Notes: generated by a model not told the origin, from the letters alone. A stretch of DNA of 64,000 nt from an uncultured Gammaproteobacteria bacterium (GCA_964571255.1 CAZNAA010000001.1:423674-487673), one strand, 5' to 3'. Positions 18,222 through 28,403 are shown, counted from the stretch's first letter. Made by a program: numbers and translations.

Positions 18222-19541
18222 TTAGGGGATAAAAGACTTGAGGAGGGCAAAGATTTTCTTCATAAATTTACCTCCATCTCCTCCTCCAGGAAGCTTAGGC
18301 ATAGAGAAGCCAAATGGCAGACTCGATTTTTCACTACCTCCAGTTGTTGCTCCGTATTGAGCAAGGCCAATTACTGTTGAAAAGGCAGGGTGCTGTACTT
18401 CATCAGTTATTCCTTTAACATTTGATGGGTATCCTATCCTAACTGGCATAGCCATTGTGCGTCTCGCTGCATCCTTAATACCAACAGTCATTGCCCCTCC
18501 TCCAGTAATGACAACTCCAGCTGGTATTTGCCCGCCAAATCCACTCTTTTTCAACTCTAGCCCAACCATGGTAAAGATTTCATTGAGTCGAGGCCTAATA
18601 ATACCTTCAACAAGAGTTTTTTGAGATACTTTTCGAAGTTCTTCTGGAAGCCCAAGAGTTGTAAGATCCAAATCATCAGATGGTCTTTCTCTTTTCTTCT
18701 CCTCAACCACTTCCTCCTCATCAGGTCTGGTTACTAGCTTTTTTCGAGCTTCATGGGAAAGATAGAGCTTAATTTTCTCTGCACTCTCTAGCGAGATCCT
18801 AAGCCCAATAGCTAAATCATTGGTAATGTGTCTGGCACCAATGGCAAGAACTGATGAATAAGAGATTGACCCTTCCGTATAAATAGCAATATCTGTTGTC
18901 CCAGCTCCAATATCAACTAATACCACTCCTAATTCCTTCTCCGTATCAGAAAGAGTTGCAAGGGATGAGGCAAACCCACTAAAAACAAAGTTATCCACGT
19001 CTACCCCAACTTGTGAGAAAGCTTTATCTAAATTTCGAACTGAGATACTGTTAGCACTAATGATATGCGTATCGACCTCTAAGCGGACTCCAGACATGCC
19101 AATAGGATCTTTTATTCCTTCTTGTCCATCTACGACATAATTACGAGGTAAAACGTGAATAATGTCCCGTGTGGAGGGCATAGAGATGGCTTTTGCTGCA
19201 TCAATTACTCGAACTAAATCACTCTCTCCTATTTCTCCTTGTGGAGTAGAAATTGCTACAACACCCCTGGAGTTTTGACTTTCAATTTGAGATCCACCAA
19301 TGGAGGCAACAATATGTGAGGCAGAATAACCTGCCATACGCTCAGCAGCTTCAAGAGAGGTATTAATACTTCCAACCGCTTCTTCAATATCAACTACTTG
19401 CCCTTTTCTAATTCCTCCAGATTTACCTTCAGATACGCCTAAAACGTTGACAATATCATCAGTTACTTTGGCTATGACAGTAACAACTTTATAAGTACCT
19501 ACATCAATCGCAACAACAATTTTTCCCTCATTCATATGCAT
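18222..19541 (-). CDS. ftsA: Cell division protein FtsA (actin-like ATPase)
   Basis: N-terminal IVVAIDVGTYKV (phosphate-1), DIGAGTTDIAIY (phosphate-2), 439 aa, positioned beside ftsZ. Confidence 0.9.
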   Translation of the reverse strand: MHMNEGKIVVAIDVGTYKVVTVIAKVTDDIVNVLGVSEGKSGGIRKGQVVDIEEAVGSINTSLEAAERMAGYSASHIVASIGGSQIESQNSRGVVAISTPQGEIGESDLVRVIDAAKAISMPSTRDIIHVLPRNYVVDGQEGIKDPIGMSGVRLEVDTHIISANSISVRNLDKAFSQVGVDVDNFVFSGFASSLATLSDTEKELGVVLVDIGAGTTDIAIYTEGSISYSSVLAIGARHITNDLAIGLRISLESAEKIKLYLSHEARKKLVTRPDEEEVVEEKKRERPSDDLDLTTLGLPEELRKVSQKTLVEGIIRPRLNEIFTMVGLELKKSGFGGQIPAGVVITGGGAMTVGIKDAARRTMAMPVRIGYPSNVKGITDEVQHPAFSTVIGLAQYGATTGGSEKSSLPFGFSMPKLPGGGDGGKFMKKIFALLKSFIP

Positions 19542-19993
19542 TATTTAAAAACCACTACTGGCTTATCAAATCGAAGATCCAGTCTTCCGACCTTCTTTCC
19601 TTCCATTGTAAGCTGTGAAAAGATCTGTTGTAAAGAGGAGATCTGTTTGGAATAATTCTTTTCCTCTAAAACAAGTTCTTCCCCTGTTTGGAGTCTTACT
19701 AGATACGCTGAATTTGACGCTTGAGAAATAGAATCTACCGTATACCCTTCTCTTTCCAGAAGAACAGTAATATTTTCTTCCTGTCCTTTCTCTTTATTTT
19801 CAATTTGAGAAGAAAGTGGATTAATAAGAGGGGACTTATGAGAAAGAACCATTTTCATTACTAAAAAATACCCAATGATAAATGGCAAGAGAAGAAAAAG
19901 AATGTTTACTCTTCGTGGTTTGTCAGACGCTAAGCGTCTTTTTTTGCGTAACATCATTAATGACTGAGAGAATCTGTTCTGTAGCCTTCTCAT
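19541..19993 (-). CDS. FtsQ/DivIB-like small division protein (basic N-terminus, one TM, short POTRA-like region)
   Basis: Its position between murG and ftsA and its topology support the call. At 150 aa it is shorter than canonical FtsQ. It overlaps the murG 3' end, so the start may instead be at the MML codons near 19957. Confidence 0.4.
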   Translation of the reverse strand: MRRLQNRFSQSLMMLRKKRRLASDKPRRVNILFLLLPFIIGYFLVMKMVLSHKSPLINPLSSQIENKEKGQEENITVLLEREGYTVDSISQASNSAYLVRLQTGEELVLEEKNYSKQISSLQQIFSQLTMEGKKVGRLDLRFDKPVVVFK

Positions 19994-21017
19994 GGATATG
20001 ACTTAGCTTCTTATCACTCACTCCATAGTCTGATCTCTGAGAAAGAACTGTTTCAATTGTCCTGAGGAGTTTTTCACTCGTTATATTACCTTGTTCAAGC
20101 ACTACTCCAATCCCTGCTTGTTTCAAAAACAAGGCATTTTTCAACTGCTCATTCTTTTGTCCATGAGGAAGTGGAATCAAAATACATGGTTTTTCCAAAG
20201 CTAAAAGCTCAGTTACTGTATTCATTCCTGATCTACAAATTACCATATCTGATTTTGAAAGATAAGCTGCATATTCTTTTGGAGTTGCAAATGGGTGAAG
20301 AGTATAGTGATCTGACTTTATTTTTGACAAACGATGGTAATCTTCTAATGCATTTGCCCCTCCTGTTAAATGAATAACAGAATATTTTTTTAATAAGTCT
20401 GGAAGAAGCTTTTCAATCTCGGTATTAATTGCTTTTGACCCTGCACTCCCTCCTGTAACAAGAATAACTGGGCGAGGATTTTCTTCTCTCTTTTTTCCTT
20501 TTACTTCAAGAATTTCTTTTCGCATCGGATTTCCTGTCAGAATACATTTTCCTTTGGGGAAGAATTTCTTTGAATTTTCAAATGAAATACAGACCTTTGT
20601 TGCAAATTTAGCAACTAATTTATTGGCAAGTCCTGCTTCAAGCGTTTGTTCATGAATAATAATGGGAATATGCATGACAAATCCAGCAAAGCATAATGGA
20701 ATAGAAAGATAGCCTCCAAAACCCAAAATAAGATCTGGTTTTTGTTCTCTGAGTACTCTAAATGCTTCAGAAAACCCTTTGGGGAGACGAAGCAGTGAAG
20801 GAAGGGTATGTTTACTAAATCGCCTTTGTAAACGCCCTGTCTCTAAATGAATAAAAGGAATTTCCCGCTCTCTCACCGTTTTGTACTCCAAAGAAGGAGT
20901 AGTATCCCCTTCAAGCGAATACTTCCTCCCAACAAAAACTATCTCTGTCTGTTTAGGCAGCGCATCAATCGTTGCTAAGGCCGGTGATAAATGACCTCCA
21001 ATAACACAAATTTTCAT
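19923..21017 (-). CDS. murG: UDP-GlcNAc:lipid I GlcNAc transferase MurG (GT28)
   Basis: N-terminal MKICVIGGHLSPALA glycine-rich loop, 364-aa two-domain GT-B fold, and dcw context. Confidence 0.85.
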   Translation of the reverse strand: MKICVIGGHLSPALATIDALPKQTEIVFVGRKYSLEGDTTPSLEYKTVREREIPFIHLETGRLQRRFSKHTLPSLLRLPKGFSEAFRVLREQKPDLILGFGGYLSIPLCFAGFVMHIPIIIHEQTLEAGLANKLVAKFATKVCISFENSKKFFPKGKCILTGNPMRKEILEVKGKKREENPRPVILVTGGSAGSKAINTEIEKLLPDLLKKYSVIHLTGGANALEDYHRLSKIKSDHYTLHPFATPKEYAAYLSKSDMVICRSGMNTVTELLALEKPCILIPLPHGQKNEQLKNALFLKQAGIGVVLEQGNITSEKLLRTIETVLSQRSDYGVSDKKLSHIHEKATEQILSVINDVTQKKTLSV

Positions 21018-21021
21018 ATGG

Positions 21022-22146
21022 TTAAGTAGTGTGTGAAATATTTAATAAAATCCCAATTGCTACCATATCAACAATTAAAGCAGAACCACCGTAAGAGATA
21101 AAGGGAAGAGGAACTCCAGTTAAGGGAAGAAGCGCTGTCATTGCTGCTAAGTTTACTACCATCTGAATTCCTAGAAAAGACGTAATTCCTCCAGCCAATA
21201 ATTTTCCAAAGGTATCTTTGCTATGATGAGCAATCATGAAGCCTCGCCAGATAATCGTCATACATAACCCCATTAAAAGCACTGAGCCAAAAAATCCAAA
21301 CTCCTCTGCAATGATTGCAAAAATTGAATCTGTTACGTTTTCTGGAAGATACGCATATTTTTGCAAGGAATTACCAATTCCTACTCCAAATAATCCCCCA
21401 GACCCTAAAGCAATTAAAATTTGTTTCACATGATACGACGTTCCTTCCAAATTTCCTCCTGTATTAAGAAAGGATGTTAACCGAGCCAACCGGTAAGGAG
21501 CAAGTAACACAGCAATTAGCCCCACCCCTCCAATGAGCGGAAGTCCTATTAAAAATTGACCAATACTTCCTCCTGAAAGAAAGTAAATAACTGCTGCTTC
21601 AAAAAGAATGATGGAGGTTGTTCCCATATCTGGCTGGAGCATAACCAAAAGAATAATTGCTCCCATAAGCATGGAAAATGCAGGAAGTCTCCCTTGTTCT
21701 TTAATAGAAAACCAAGCAGAGAGATAAATTGCTAAACTCAATTTGACAAATTCTGCTGGTTGAAGCGTGGTAAAGCCTAAGTTAATCCATCTTTGTGCGC
21801 CTAAAGCATTTACGCCAATACCAGGGATAAAAACAGCAACAAGCATTCCCAACGCAATCATCAGAAATGGCAGTGCCAGTCCATAGAGTTTTTTATAAGG
21901 GAAATAACTGGCAGCAAACATACCTCCCACTCCTAAAACTGCCCACACGAGTTGATTTTTAATGTAGTAATACTTGTCGTTAAAATCTCGATAGGCAATA
22001 ACTGATGAGGCATCATAAATCATAAGCAAACCAAAACAGATCATTACGACAACAGAAGTAAGAAGAAAACCATCAATTTTTTTCATGAAGTAACTGTATT
22101 GTAGAGGAAAAATATCATTTAGCCAAAAGCTATGTGATGAAGGCAA
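21022..22146 (-). CDS. ftsW: SEDS protein FtsW
   Basis: 374 aa with 10 TM segments and the C-terminal LPFISYGGSA motif. It lies between murG and mraY. Confidence 0.8.
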   Translation of the reverse strand: MPSSHSFWLNDIFPLQYSYFMKKIDGFLLTSVVVMICFGLLMIYDASSVIAYRDFNDKYYYIKNQLVWAVLGVGGMFAASYFPYKKLYGLALPFLMIALGMLVAVFIPGIGVNALGAQRWINLGFTTLQPAEFVKLSLAIYLSAWFSIKEQGRLPAFSMLMGAIILLVMLQPDMGTTSIILFEAAVIYFLSGGSIGQFLIGLPLIGGVGLIAVLLAPYRLARLTSFLNTGGNLEGTSYHVKQILIALGSGGLFGVGIGNSLQKYAYLPENVTDSIFAIIAEEFGFFGSVLLMGLCMTIIWRGFMIAHHSKDTFGKLLAGGITSFLGIQMVVNLAAMTALLPLTGVPLPFISYGGSALIVDMVAIGILLNISHTT

Positions 22147-23140
22147 GGTAGAGTCCTAACACGGCAAAAAGAAGACCAATAAGCCAGAGTCTCATGACAA
22201 TCTTTGGTTCCTCCCAACCTCTTTTGAGAAGGTATAAATGCATAGGAGCAACAGGAAATACTTTTCTTCCTAAAAATCTTTTACTGAGCATTTGAATTAA
22301 AGAAGAGGCTACTTCAATAAGAAATACTCCTCCAATGACAACAATTGCCAATGTTTTTCCTGTTAATAACCCAATAACAGCAAGTGCAGCTCCTAAGGAT
22401 AACGACCCCACATCTCCCATCCAAATTCTCGCTTTATAAATATTAAAATATAGAAAGGCTGCTAAGGCTCCAATAAGAATCGCAATAAAAATTCCTAAAC
22501 CTTGATCCAATTGAGAAAAAGCAATCGTTAAAAAGGCTACTAAACAGATAATCATCAGTCCTGTTGCTAATCCATCTAACCCATCGGTAATATTAGCTGC
22601 ATTGACAAAAGAGACTATGACAAAAGCAGCAAACGGAACAAATAACCATCCTAATTTTATGAGTCCAAATCCATGCAGATAAATAAAGTTATATCCTAAA
22701 GCAGCATATAATACGATGGCAATAATAAAGGCCAAAATCCACTGAATTAAAAACTTATACCGAAACCTCAAGCCAAAAAAACTGGCTGCTTCTTTTTTCA
22801 CCAATTTCTTTAAATCGTCATAAAGTCCAAGCATTCCAAAACTGATAAAAGCAAAAAAGAGAGCAAAAAGCTCCCATCCTTTGGTTGTTATACCTAAAAT
22901 CCCATAGGCCCACAAGGAAAGAGTAGTAACAATCAGGATAATAAGAATACCTCCTCCAAAAGGAGTGCCTACTTTCCATTGATTTGACTTATCAAAAAAA
23001 GGAGTTGTGTTGTTAAAAGGATCTCTGGTTATCTGATACTGACGTCTCATTTTAACCCGATAAAGAAAATCAATAAAAGGGATAAAAAGAATAACAGAAA
23101 TAAAACACGATAAAATAATAAAACCCAATAATTGTGCCAT
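22130..23140 (-). CDS. mraY: Phospho-N-acetylmuramoyl-pentapeptide transferase MraY
   Basis: It has the DGLDGLATG motif, a NxxNxTDGLDG-like block and the C-terminal FHLYLL-like HLYL motif, with a polytopic topology. Confidence 0.9.
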   Translation of the reverse strand: MAQLLGFIILSCFISVILFIPFIDFLYRVKMRRQYQITRDPFNNTTPFFDKSNQWKVGTPFGGGILIILIVTTLSLWAYGILGITTKGWELFALFFAFISFGMLGLYDDLKKLVKKEAASFFGLRFRYKFLIQWILAFIIAIVLYAALGYNFIYLHGFGLIKLGWLFVPFAAFVIVSFVNAANITDGLDGLATGLMIICLVAFLTIAFSQLDQGLGIFIAILIGALAAFLYFNIYKARIWMGDVGSLSLGAALAVIGLLTGKTLAIVVIGGVFLIEVASSLIQMLSKRFLGRKVFPVAPMHLYLLKRGWEEPKIVMRLWLIGLLFAVLGLYLAFIT

Positions 23141-23160
23141 AACGGTATTGTACCAAAAGC

Positions 23161-24489
23161 CTATTCTTCTTTTACACGAGAAATTCGTGCTCCGAGTTGT
23201 TTAAGTCTTTCTTCAAATTGCTCATACCCCCGATCAACATGCTGAATTCCATGAACAACTGTTTCTCCCTTTGCACAAAGCCCTGCAATAACAACAGCAG
23301 CACCTGCCCTCAGGTCAATCATATTAACGATGGCATTGTGAAGAGGAGTAGGACCAGTAATTTTTATTGCATGAAAAAATCCAGGTTTATCATCTTCTAA
23401 ATTGAAATTGTAAAAGTCCTCTTTGTTTTCAACTACAGGATTAAACATTTCAATTTTAGCTCCCATTTTCTTCAATTCATGCACATACCCAAATTTATTT
23501 TCAAAAATAGTTTCGTGAATAACTGCTTCTCCTCGTGCTTGAGTCATGAGAACTGCCCAAGGGGACTGCCAATCAGTCATAAAGGCAGGATAGGGTTGTG
23601 TTTCAACATCTACTGAGTGCAGTTCTTCTTTGTAGAAAAAGCGAATACCATTTTCCTGTACTTCTATTCCTGCTCCTGTCTCTTCAAGCTTTTCTAAAAA
23701 CTCCTCAATCCCTCGAGTCGTAATCCCTGTTAAGACAATATCTCCTTTAGTTACTAAAGCTGCAATTGCAAACGTTACTACTTCATTTCGATCAGGTAAA
23801 ATCGTACACTCTGCTCCATGCAGTTTTTCAACTCCTACAATAGTAATTTGTCGCTTTGCACTTCTTTTGATATTTCCTCCCATAGCATTAATGAGTTCAA
23901 TTAACTCATCAATCTCTGGCTCCTCTGCAGCATTTTCTAAAATAGTTATTCCTTTAGCAAGGGATGCAGCAATAATCATCGTTTCTGTCCCTGTATGCGT
24001 GTTTTTCTCAAAATGGTATGTTACTCCTGTAAGTCCTTCAGTTTGTGCATGAAAGTATCCGTCCTCACTGTGATAAGAAATTTTAGCTCCCATATGTTCT
24101 AAACCTTGCACGATTCGATTAATAGGACGTGCTCCTAATCGGCATCCTCCTGGATTTGGGATGATAGCTTCTTTAACCCGTGCCAAAAGAGGAGCAATAT
24201 ACATAGAGGAAGTTCGAGTATGAGCTGCTTGCTCTAAAGAGATCATATGCTTTGAGAACTCTTTCATATGAACTGTTGCGCTGTGTCCTTCAATACTGAC
24301 TGTGGCACCCAAATCTTTCATAATATCAAGCATGGTAAAAACATCTGAGATAAGGGGGATATTGTGAAGAATAACAGGTTCATCTGTTAAACAAGCTGCT
24401 ACGAGAACTTTGAGCACAACATTTTTAGCTCCCGCAATCTGAACTGACCCTTTAAGGGGGATCTGACCATTCACTACGTATTTTTCCAT
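23161..24489 (-). CDS. murA: UDP-N-acetylglucosamine 1-carboxyvinyltransferase MurA
   Basis: N-terminal IAGAKNVVLKVLVAA, the active-site loop PGGCRLGARP (Cys retained), 442 aa. Confidence 0.9.
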   Translation of the reverse strand: MEKYVVNGQIPLKGSVQIAGAKNVVLKVLVAACLTDEPVILHNIPLISDVFTMLDIMKDLGATVSIEGHSATVHMKEFSKHMISLEQAAHTRTSSMYIAPLLARVKEAIIPNPGGCRLGARPINRIVQGLEHMGAKISYHSEDGYFHAQTEGLTGVTYHFEKNTHTGTETMIIAASLAKGITILENAAEEPEIDELIELINAMGGNIKRSAKRQITIVGVEKLHGAECTILPDRNEVVTFAIAALVTKGDIVLTGITTRGIEEFLEKLEETGAGIEVQENGIRFFYKEELHSVDVETQPYPAFMTDWQSPWAVLMTQARGEAVIHETIFENKFGYVHELKKMGAKIEMFNPVVENKEDFYNFNLEDDKPGFFHAIKITGPTPLHNAIVNMIDLRAGAAVVIAGLCAKGETVVHGIQHVDRGYEQFEERLKQLGARISRVKEE

Positions 24490-25908
24490 TTAGTTATGAA
24501 AGAGAAAGGTTTCCTTTATCTTATAGAGATCTCCTGCTCCCATCGTAATAATAACTGTATCATCCTGTGGAGCAAGAGTATTAAGGTATTGTACCACATC
24601 TGAAGCTGTTGAAAAAAACTTGGCATTCCTACTTTTCTTGTTAATTTCTGTCACTAACATCTCACTAGTTATTGATAAATCAATCTCTTCTCTAGCTGAT
24701 GGATAAATAGAAATTATCCCTGCCAAATCTACGTGATCAAATGAGTCACTAAATTCCTCGAACAACTTTTTTGTCCGAGAGTAGGTATGGGGTTGGAAAA
24801 AACAAAGAATTTTTTTCTCTGGATACATACTCTTTAGAGTCTTTAGGGTATTTTGTATTTCTGTTGGGTGATGGGCATAGTCATCATACAAAAGAGCACC
24901 TGTTGTCAGTTTTCCAATATACTCCAGTCGTCTTTTCGTTCCTTTAAATGAGAGGAGTCCTTTGTGAATTTCACTTGATACCACCCCTACCTGTTTTGCC
25001 GCAAGATAGGATGCAGTCGCGTTTAGAGCGTTATGTTCCCCAAATACTCTAACAATAAGAGTCTCAAGAAGTACTCCCTTACTCCAAATTTCAAAAGAGG
25101 TTCCAGTAGGAGAAACAGTTACTCCTTTAATAACAAACATATTATTCTCAGAAAATCCATATGTTTGGACTACTCCTGTGTATTCTTTTAGTAGGTCCTG
25201 TACCGCCTCATCATCTCCACACGCAATGAGAAGCCCCGTTGAGGGAAGTTGTAGAGCAAATTGTAAAAATACTCGCTTAACAGCTGCTAAGTCAGGATAG
25301 ATATCAGGATGATCTAATTCAATATTCGTAATTACTAAAACAGAAGGGTGTTGCCAGAGAAATTTTGCTGTCTTGTCATACACTGGCTCTGTTGCATATT
25401 CATCTGCTTCTGCAACAAATACATCTCCCTTGCCGAAATGTCCTGGATTTCCTAAAGGAAATAAATCACTCGTTCCAATAACAAAAGAGGGGTCTTTTCT
25501 TGCACTCATTAAAACAGTTGCGATAAGAGCTGTAGTAGTCGTTTTTCCGTGAGATCCTGCAACAGAAATACCTATTTGTTCTCTCCCAAAGAGTTTCCCG
25601 TTCATAAACTCTCCAACTGCCTCTCCTTGTGTGAGAAGTGGAAGTCCTCTTTCCTTAGCTTCTTTCACTTCAATATTATCATAACCCCCATGGGCTCCTG
25701 TTGTAATAACTAAATCTTGATCAGTAATGTGCTCTCTAAGGAATCCCACAGATACTTCTATTCCAGCCCTTCGTAGGATTGGATCGGTAATAAACTCATC
25801 CCCTACATCAGATCCTGTCACTTCAATCCCAGCTTCTTTAGCAATCAAGGCAAGAGGTGTCATCCCTACTCCTTTAATACCAACAAAATGAATTTTTTTA
25901 TATTGCAT
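24490..25908 (-). CDS. murC: UDP-N-acetylmuramate--L-alanine ligase MurC
   Basis: N-terminal IHFVGIKGVGMTPLALIAKEAG (MurC-type UDP-binding domain) and the P-loop GSHGKTTTTALIA. Length 472 aa. Confidence 0.8.
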   Translation of the reverse strand: MQYKKIHFVGIKGVGMTPLALIAKEAGIEVTGSDVGDEFITDPILRRAGIEVSVGFLREHITDQDLVITTGAHGGYDNIEVKEAKERGLPLLTQGEAVGEFMNGKLFGREQIGISVAGSHGKTTTTALIATVLMSARKDPSFVIGTSDLFPLGNPGHFGKGDVFVAEADEYATEPVYDKTAKFLWQHPSVLVITNIELDHPDIYPDLAAVKRVFLQFALQLPSTGLLIACGDDEAVQDLLKEYTGVVQTYGFSENNMFVIKGVTVSPTGTSFEIWSKGVLLETLIVRVFGEHNALNATASYLAAKQVGVVSSEIHKGLLSFKGTKRRLEYIGKLTTGALLYDDYAHHPTEIQNTLKTLKSMYPEKKILCFFQPHTYSRTKKLFEEFSDSFDHVDLAGIISIYPSAREEIDLSITSEMLVTEINKKSRNAKFFSTASDVVQYLNTLAPQDDTVIITMGAGDLYKIKETFLFHN

Positions 25909-25909
25909 A

Positions 25910-27136
25910 TTACTTTTTCTCCTCTATTCCTTTTTTAATTGCTTCATACTCATCCCATACTTCCTCTCCCTTTCCATAGTTAATTCCCTTTTCATGACTT
26001 TTCCCTGTACACACAATTGTATCTCCTTTTTTAGCAATTGCTATTGCATAAGCAATTGCCCTTTCACGCCGAAGTATTTCAATAATATATTTTTCGTTTT
26101 TGGAAAGATCTTCTCCTTCCTTCCCTTTTCTAAATTCACTTGAGGAAATTTCTTGGGTAATTTGTTGATTAATCTTTTCCAAAGATTCTTTTCGTGGATC
26201 CTCAGCGGTTAGAATCATGATATCTGCATACTTTGCTGAGATCTTTCCCATTTCAGAACGTTTCCCAGAATCCCTTTCTCCTGCACAACCAAAAACATGA
26301 ATCAGCTTCCCCTTCGTCTCCTCAGCAAGAGGACTTAAGATACTTTCGAAAGAATTTGGAGTATGGGCAAAATCCACCACAATCTTAAAATCCTTGTTAT
26401 ACACAACTTCTTGTCTTCCTTTTGGAGGAGTGAAAGACTTCATTGCTGACTGGATTATTTTTCGATCAATTCCTAATTTGTCACACACAGCAATTGCTGC
26501 AAGTGAATTATAAATATTAAACTCCCCAATAAGTTTTGTCTCAAAGGGAAAGTTTTTTCTATTATACCGGGCAGATTTATCTTTTCCATAGGTTATAATT
26601 TTTCCTTTATATTTTTTCTTCTTCAAATAAGCAGTTAAAGGAGCGTAGGAGGAGTCGTCAAAATTAAGTATAGAGATTTTTGATTTGAGAAAAAGTCTAG
26701 CTTTGGCTTTCAGGTACTTCTCATACGTTTTATGATAATCCAAATGTTCTCTGGTAATATTTGTCAAAACCGAAATAGCATATTTGATGCCATACACTCG
26801 GTGCTGATCAAGAGAATGTGAGGTAGTTTCAAGAACGAAATGGGTAATTCCTGCTTTTTTTGCTTTTCTCAAATACTTTTGCAAGGTAAATGAACTTGGG
26901 GTTGTAACATGAAAACCTGTTTCGTACTCTTTTCCATCAATGAGAGCAGAAACGGTAGTTAACATTGCAGCTTTTTTCCCAGCATGAATAAGAGTGTGGT
27001 AAATAAGACTTGCTGTAGTGGTTTTTCCATCCGTTCCTGTTACTCCAATAATCTTCATTCCTTTTGAGGGATTGAGATACAGTACATTTGCAAGAAAGGC
27101 TTTGTGTAGATGAAAGATGTTTTTAATCTTTTGCAT
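25910..27136 (-). CDS. MurE-like Mur ligase lacking the N-terminal UDP-binding domain
   Basis: The P-loop GVTGTDGKTTT begins at residue ~32. C-terminal motifs VVDFAHTPNS and HVFGCAGERDSGKR resemble MurE (DYAHTPDA / FGCGGDRDKGKR). At 408 aa it is ~90 aa shorter than E. coli MurE. It has a genuine ATG and there is no room upstream. Confidence 0.55.
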   Translation of the reverse strand: MQKIKNIFHLHKAFLANVLYLNPSKGMKIIGVTGTDGKTTTASLIYHTLIHAGKKAAMLTTVSALIDGKEYETGFHVTTPSSFTLQKYLRKAKKAGITHFVLETTSHSLDQHRVYGIKYAISVLTNITREHLDYHKTYEKYLKAKARLFLKSKISILNFDDSSYAPLTAYLKKKKYKGKIITYGKDKSARYNRKNFPFETKLIGEFNIYNSLAAIAVCDKLGIDRKIIQSAMKSFTPPKGRQEVVYNKDFKIVVDFAHTPNSFESILSPLAEETKGKLIHVFGCAGERDSGKRSEMGKISAKYADIMILTAEDPRKESLEKINQQITQEISSSEFRKGKEGEDLSKNEKYIIEILRRERAIAYAIAIAKKGDTIVCTGKSHEKGINYGKGEEVWDEYEAIKKGIEEKK

Positions 27137-27138
27137 AC

Positions 27139-27744
27139 CTAACGAATTATTTGCGTTCTAATAATATGGATCAATGTATCGTAGTGCGCGTAGATTATAT
27201 ACCCATTTATGAATAAAAGCATCGGGAAAACAAAAGATTTTTCAACCACTCCTCCTGTTTTAAACCGCATAAATCTCAAAGGAGGGATTCCAATATTAAT
27301 GGGTATTGGAAAAAGCCAGGGAACCCCGTCTCTTGTGAAGCTATCTGTTACTAAATGAGAAACATATCCAATCATAAAAGACCACCAAACAAGATTCATA
27401 TCTACCAAAAGCACCGTTCCTAAGGCTTTTCCAAATAGATGAGTAATATACCCAAACAGAAAAACTCCAACAAGAGAGTGTGAGATATATCTATGTCCCC
27501 CAAACAAGGGGTGAACTAATCTTCCTAAGATTGATCCTGCTCGAATTCTTTGCCAGAGAGAACTAGTTGGTTGATCAATATCAGGAGCCAGTCCTCCAAG
27601 CATATTCACACCAAAACAGGTAATTACGGTTGCTAGAGACATTTGAGGCAAAGGAAGGGTTGCAGCACAATAAAGCATTGCCGTGAATGCAGCGAGGTCA
27701 TGTGTTCTACCAGTCATATATATTAGAATAGAGAAAATGAGCAT
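27139..27744 (-). CDS. Membrane-bound metal-dependent hydrolase-like protein (DUF457/YdjM-like); start uncertain (ATG at 27744 or 27717)
   Basis: About 5 TM segments and His-containing TM motifs (THDL..., HPLFGGHRYISH). The track start at 27858 is TTG and would overlap the divergent DUF192 gene. Confidence 0.35.
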   Translation of the reverse strand: MLIFSILIYMTGRTHDLAAFTAMLYCAATLPLPQMSLATVITCFGVNMLGGLAPDIDQPTSSLWQRIRAGSILGRLVHPLFGGHRYISHSLVGVFLFGYITHLFGKALGTVLLVDMNLVWWSFMIGYVSHLVTDSFTRDGVPWLFPIPINIGIPPLRFMRFKTGGVVEKSFVFPMLLFINGYIIYAHYDTLIHIIRTQIIR

Positions 27745-28069
27745 TCGAAACAAGACTAAAGGTACTATTCTTTCAGAAAAGGTAGTAAAAGCTACTTCTT
27801 TCTGGGAAAAAACCAAAGGGCTATTGTTCTCATATGAACCTTCCTCTCTTCTTCTCAAAACTCGTTGTGGGATTCACACTTTTGGAATGAAGTATCCGTT
27901 AGACATTTTAGTGTTAGATAGAAATAACTGTGTAGTAAAAATACAAGAAGGATTACTTCCTAATAGAATATGTATCTGGAATCCACTTTTTGACACTGTT
28001 CTTGAGTTACCTGAAAATACTATCCAAAACTCTAAAACAACTCTTTCAGATATTCTTATGCTAAAATAG
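27737..28069 (+). CDS. DUF192 (COG1430) family protein
   Basis: Family motifs KTKGLLF, CGIHTFGM and LDILVLD. The track start at 27683 is GTG. The ATG at 27737 fits the family length and avoids overlapping the divergent gene. Confidence 0.5.
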   Translation: MSIRNKTKGTILSEKVVKATSFWEKTKGLLFSYEPSSLLLKTRCGIHTFGMKYPLDILVLDRNNCVVKIQEGLLPNRICIWNPLFDTVLELPENTIQNSKTTLSDILMLK

Positions 28070-28073
28070 CCAT

Positions 28074-28403
28074 ATGAAACCTATTATTCAATTTGAAGAT
28101 TTTGCCAAACTTGATTTGCGGGTTGGAGAGATTACAAATTGCGAAGCCAAAGAGGGATCAGAAAAACTTCTTCGTCTTGCGGTAGATTTTGGTAAAGAAG
28201 GAACTCGTAACATTCTTTCAGGAATTGCACAGTGGTATACACCAGAAGACTTACTAGGAAAACAATTTATCTTTGTTTTTAATCTCGCTCCCAAAACGTT
28301 AATGGGTGAAGAATCAGAAGGAATGATTTTGGCAGCAGATGGAGAAAAACCACTTCCGCTTATTCCATCAGAGAAAGCAATTCCAGGATCACCTATTAGG
28401 TGA
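28074..28403 (+). CDS. tRNA-binding domain protein (CsaA/Trbp111-like, EMAP-II fold)
   Basis: DLRVGEI...KLLRLAVDFG...ILSGIAQWY matches the OB-fold tRNA-binding domain family. Length 109 aa. Confidence 0.7.
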   Translation: MKPIIQFEDFAKLDLRVGEITNCEAKEGSEKLLRLAVDFGKEGTRNILSGIAQWYTPEDLLGKQFIFVFNLAPKTLMGEESEGMILAADGEKPLPLIPSEKAIPGSPIR

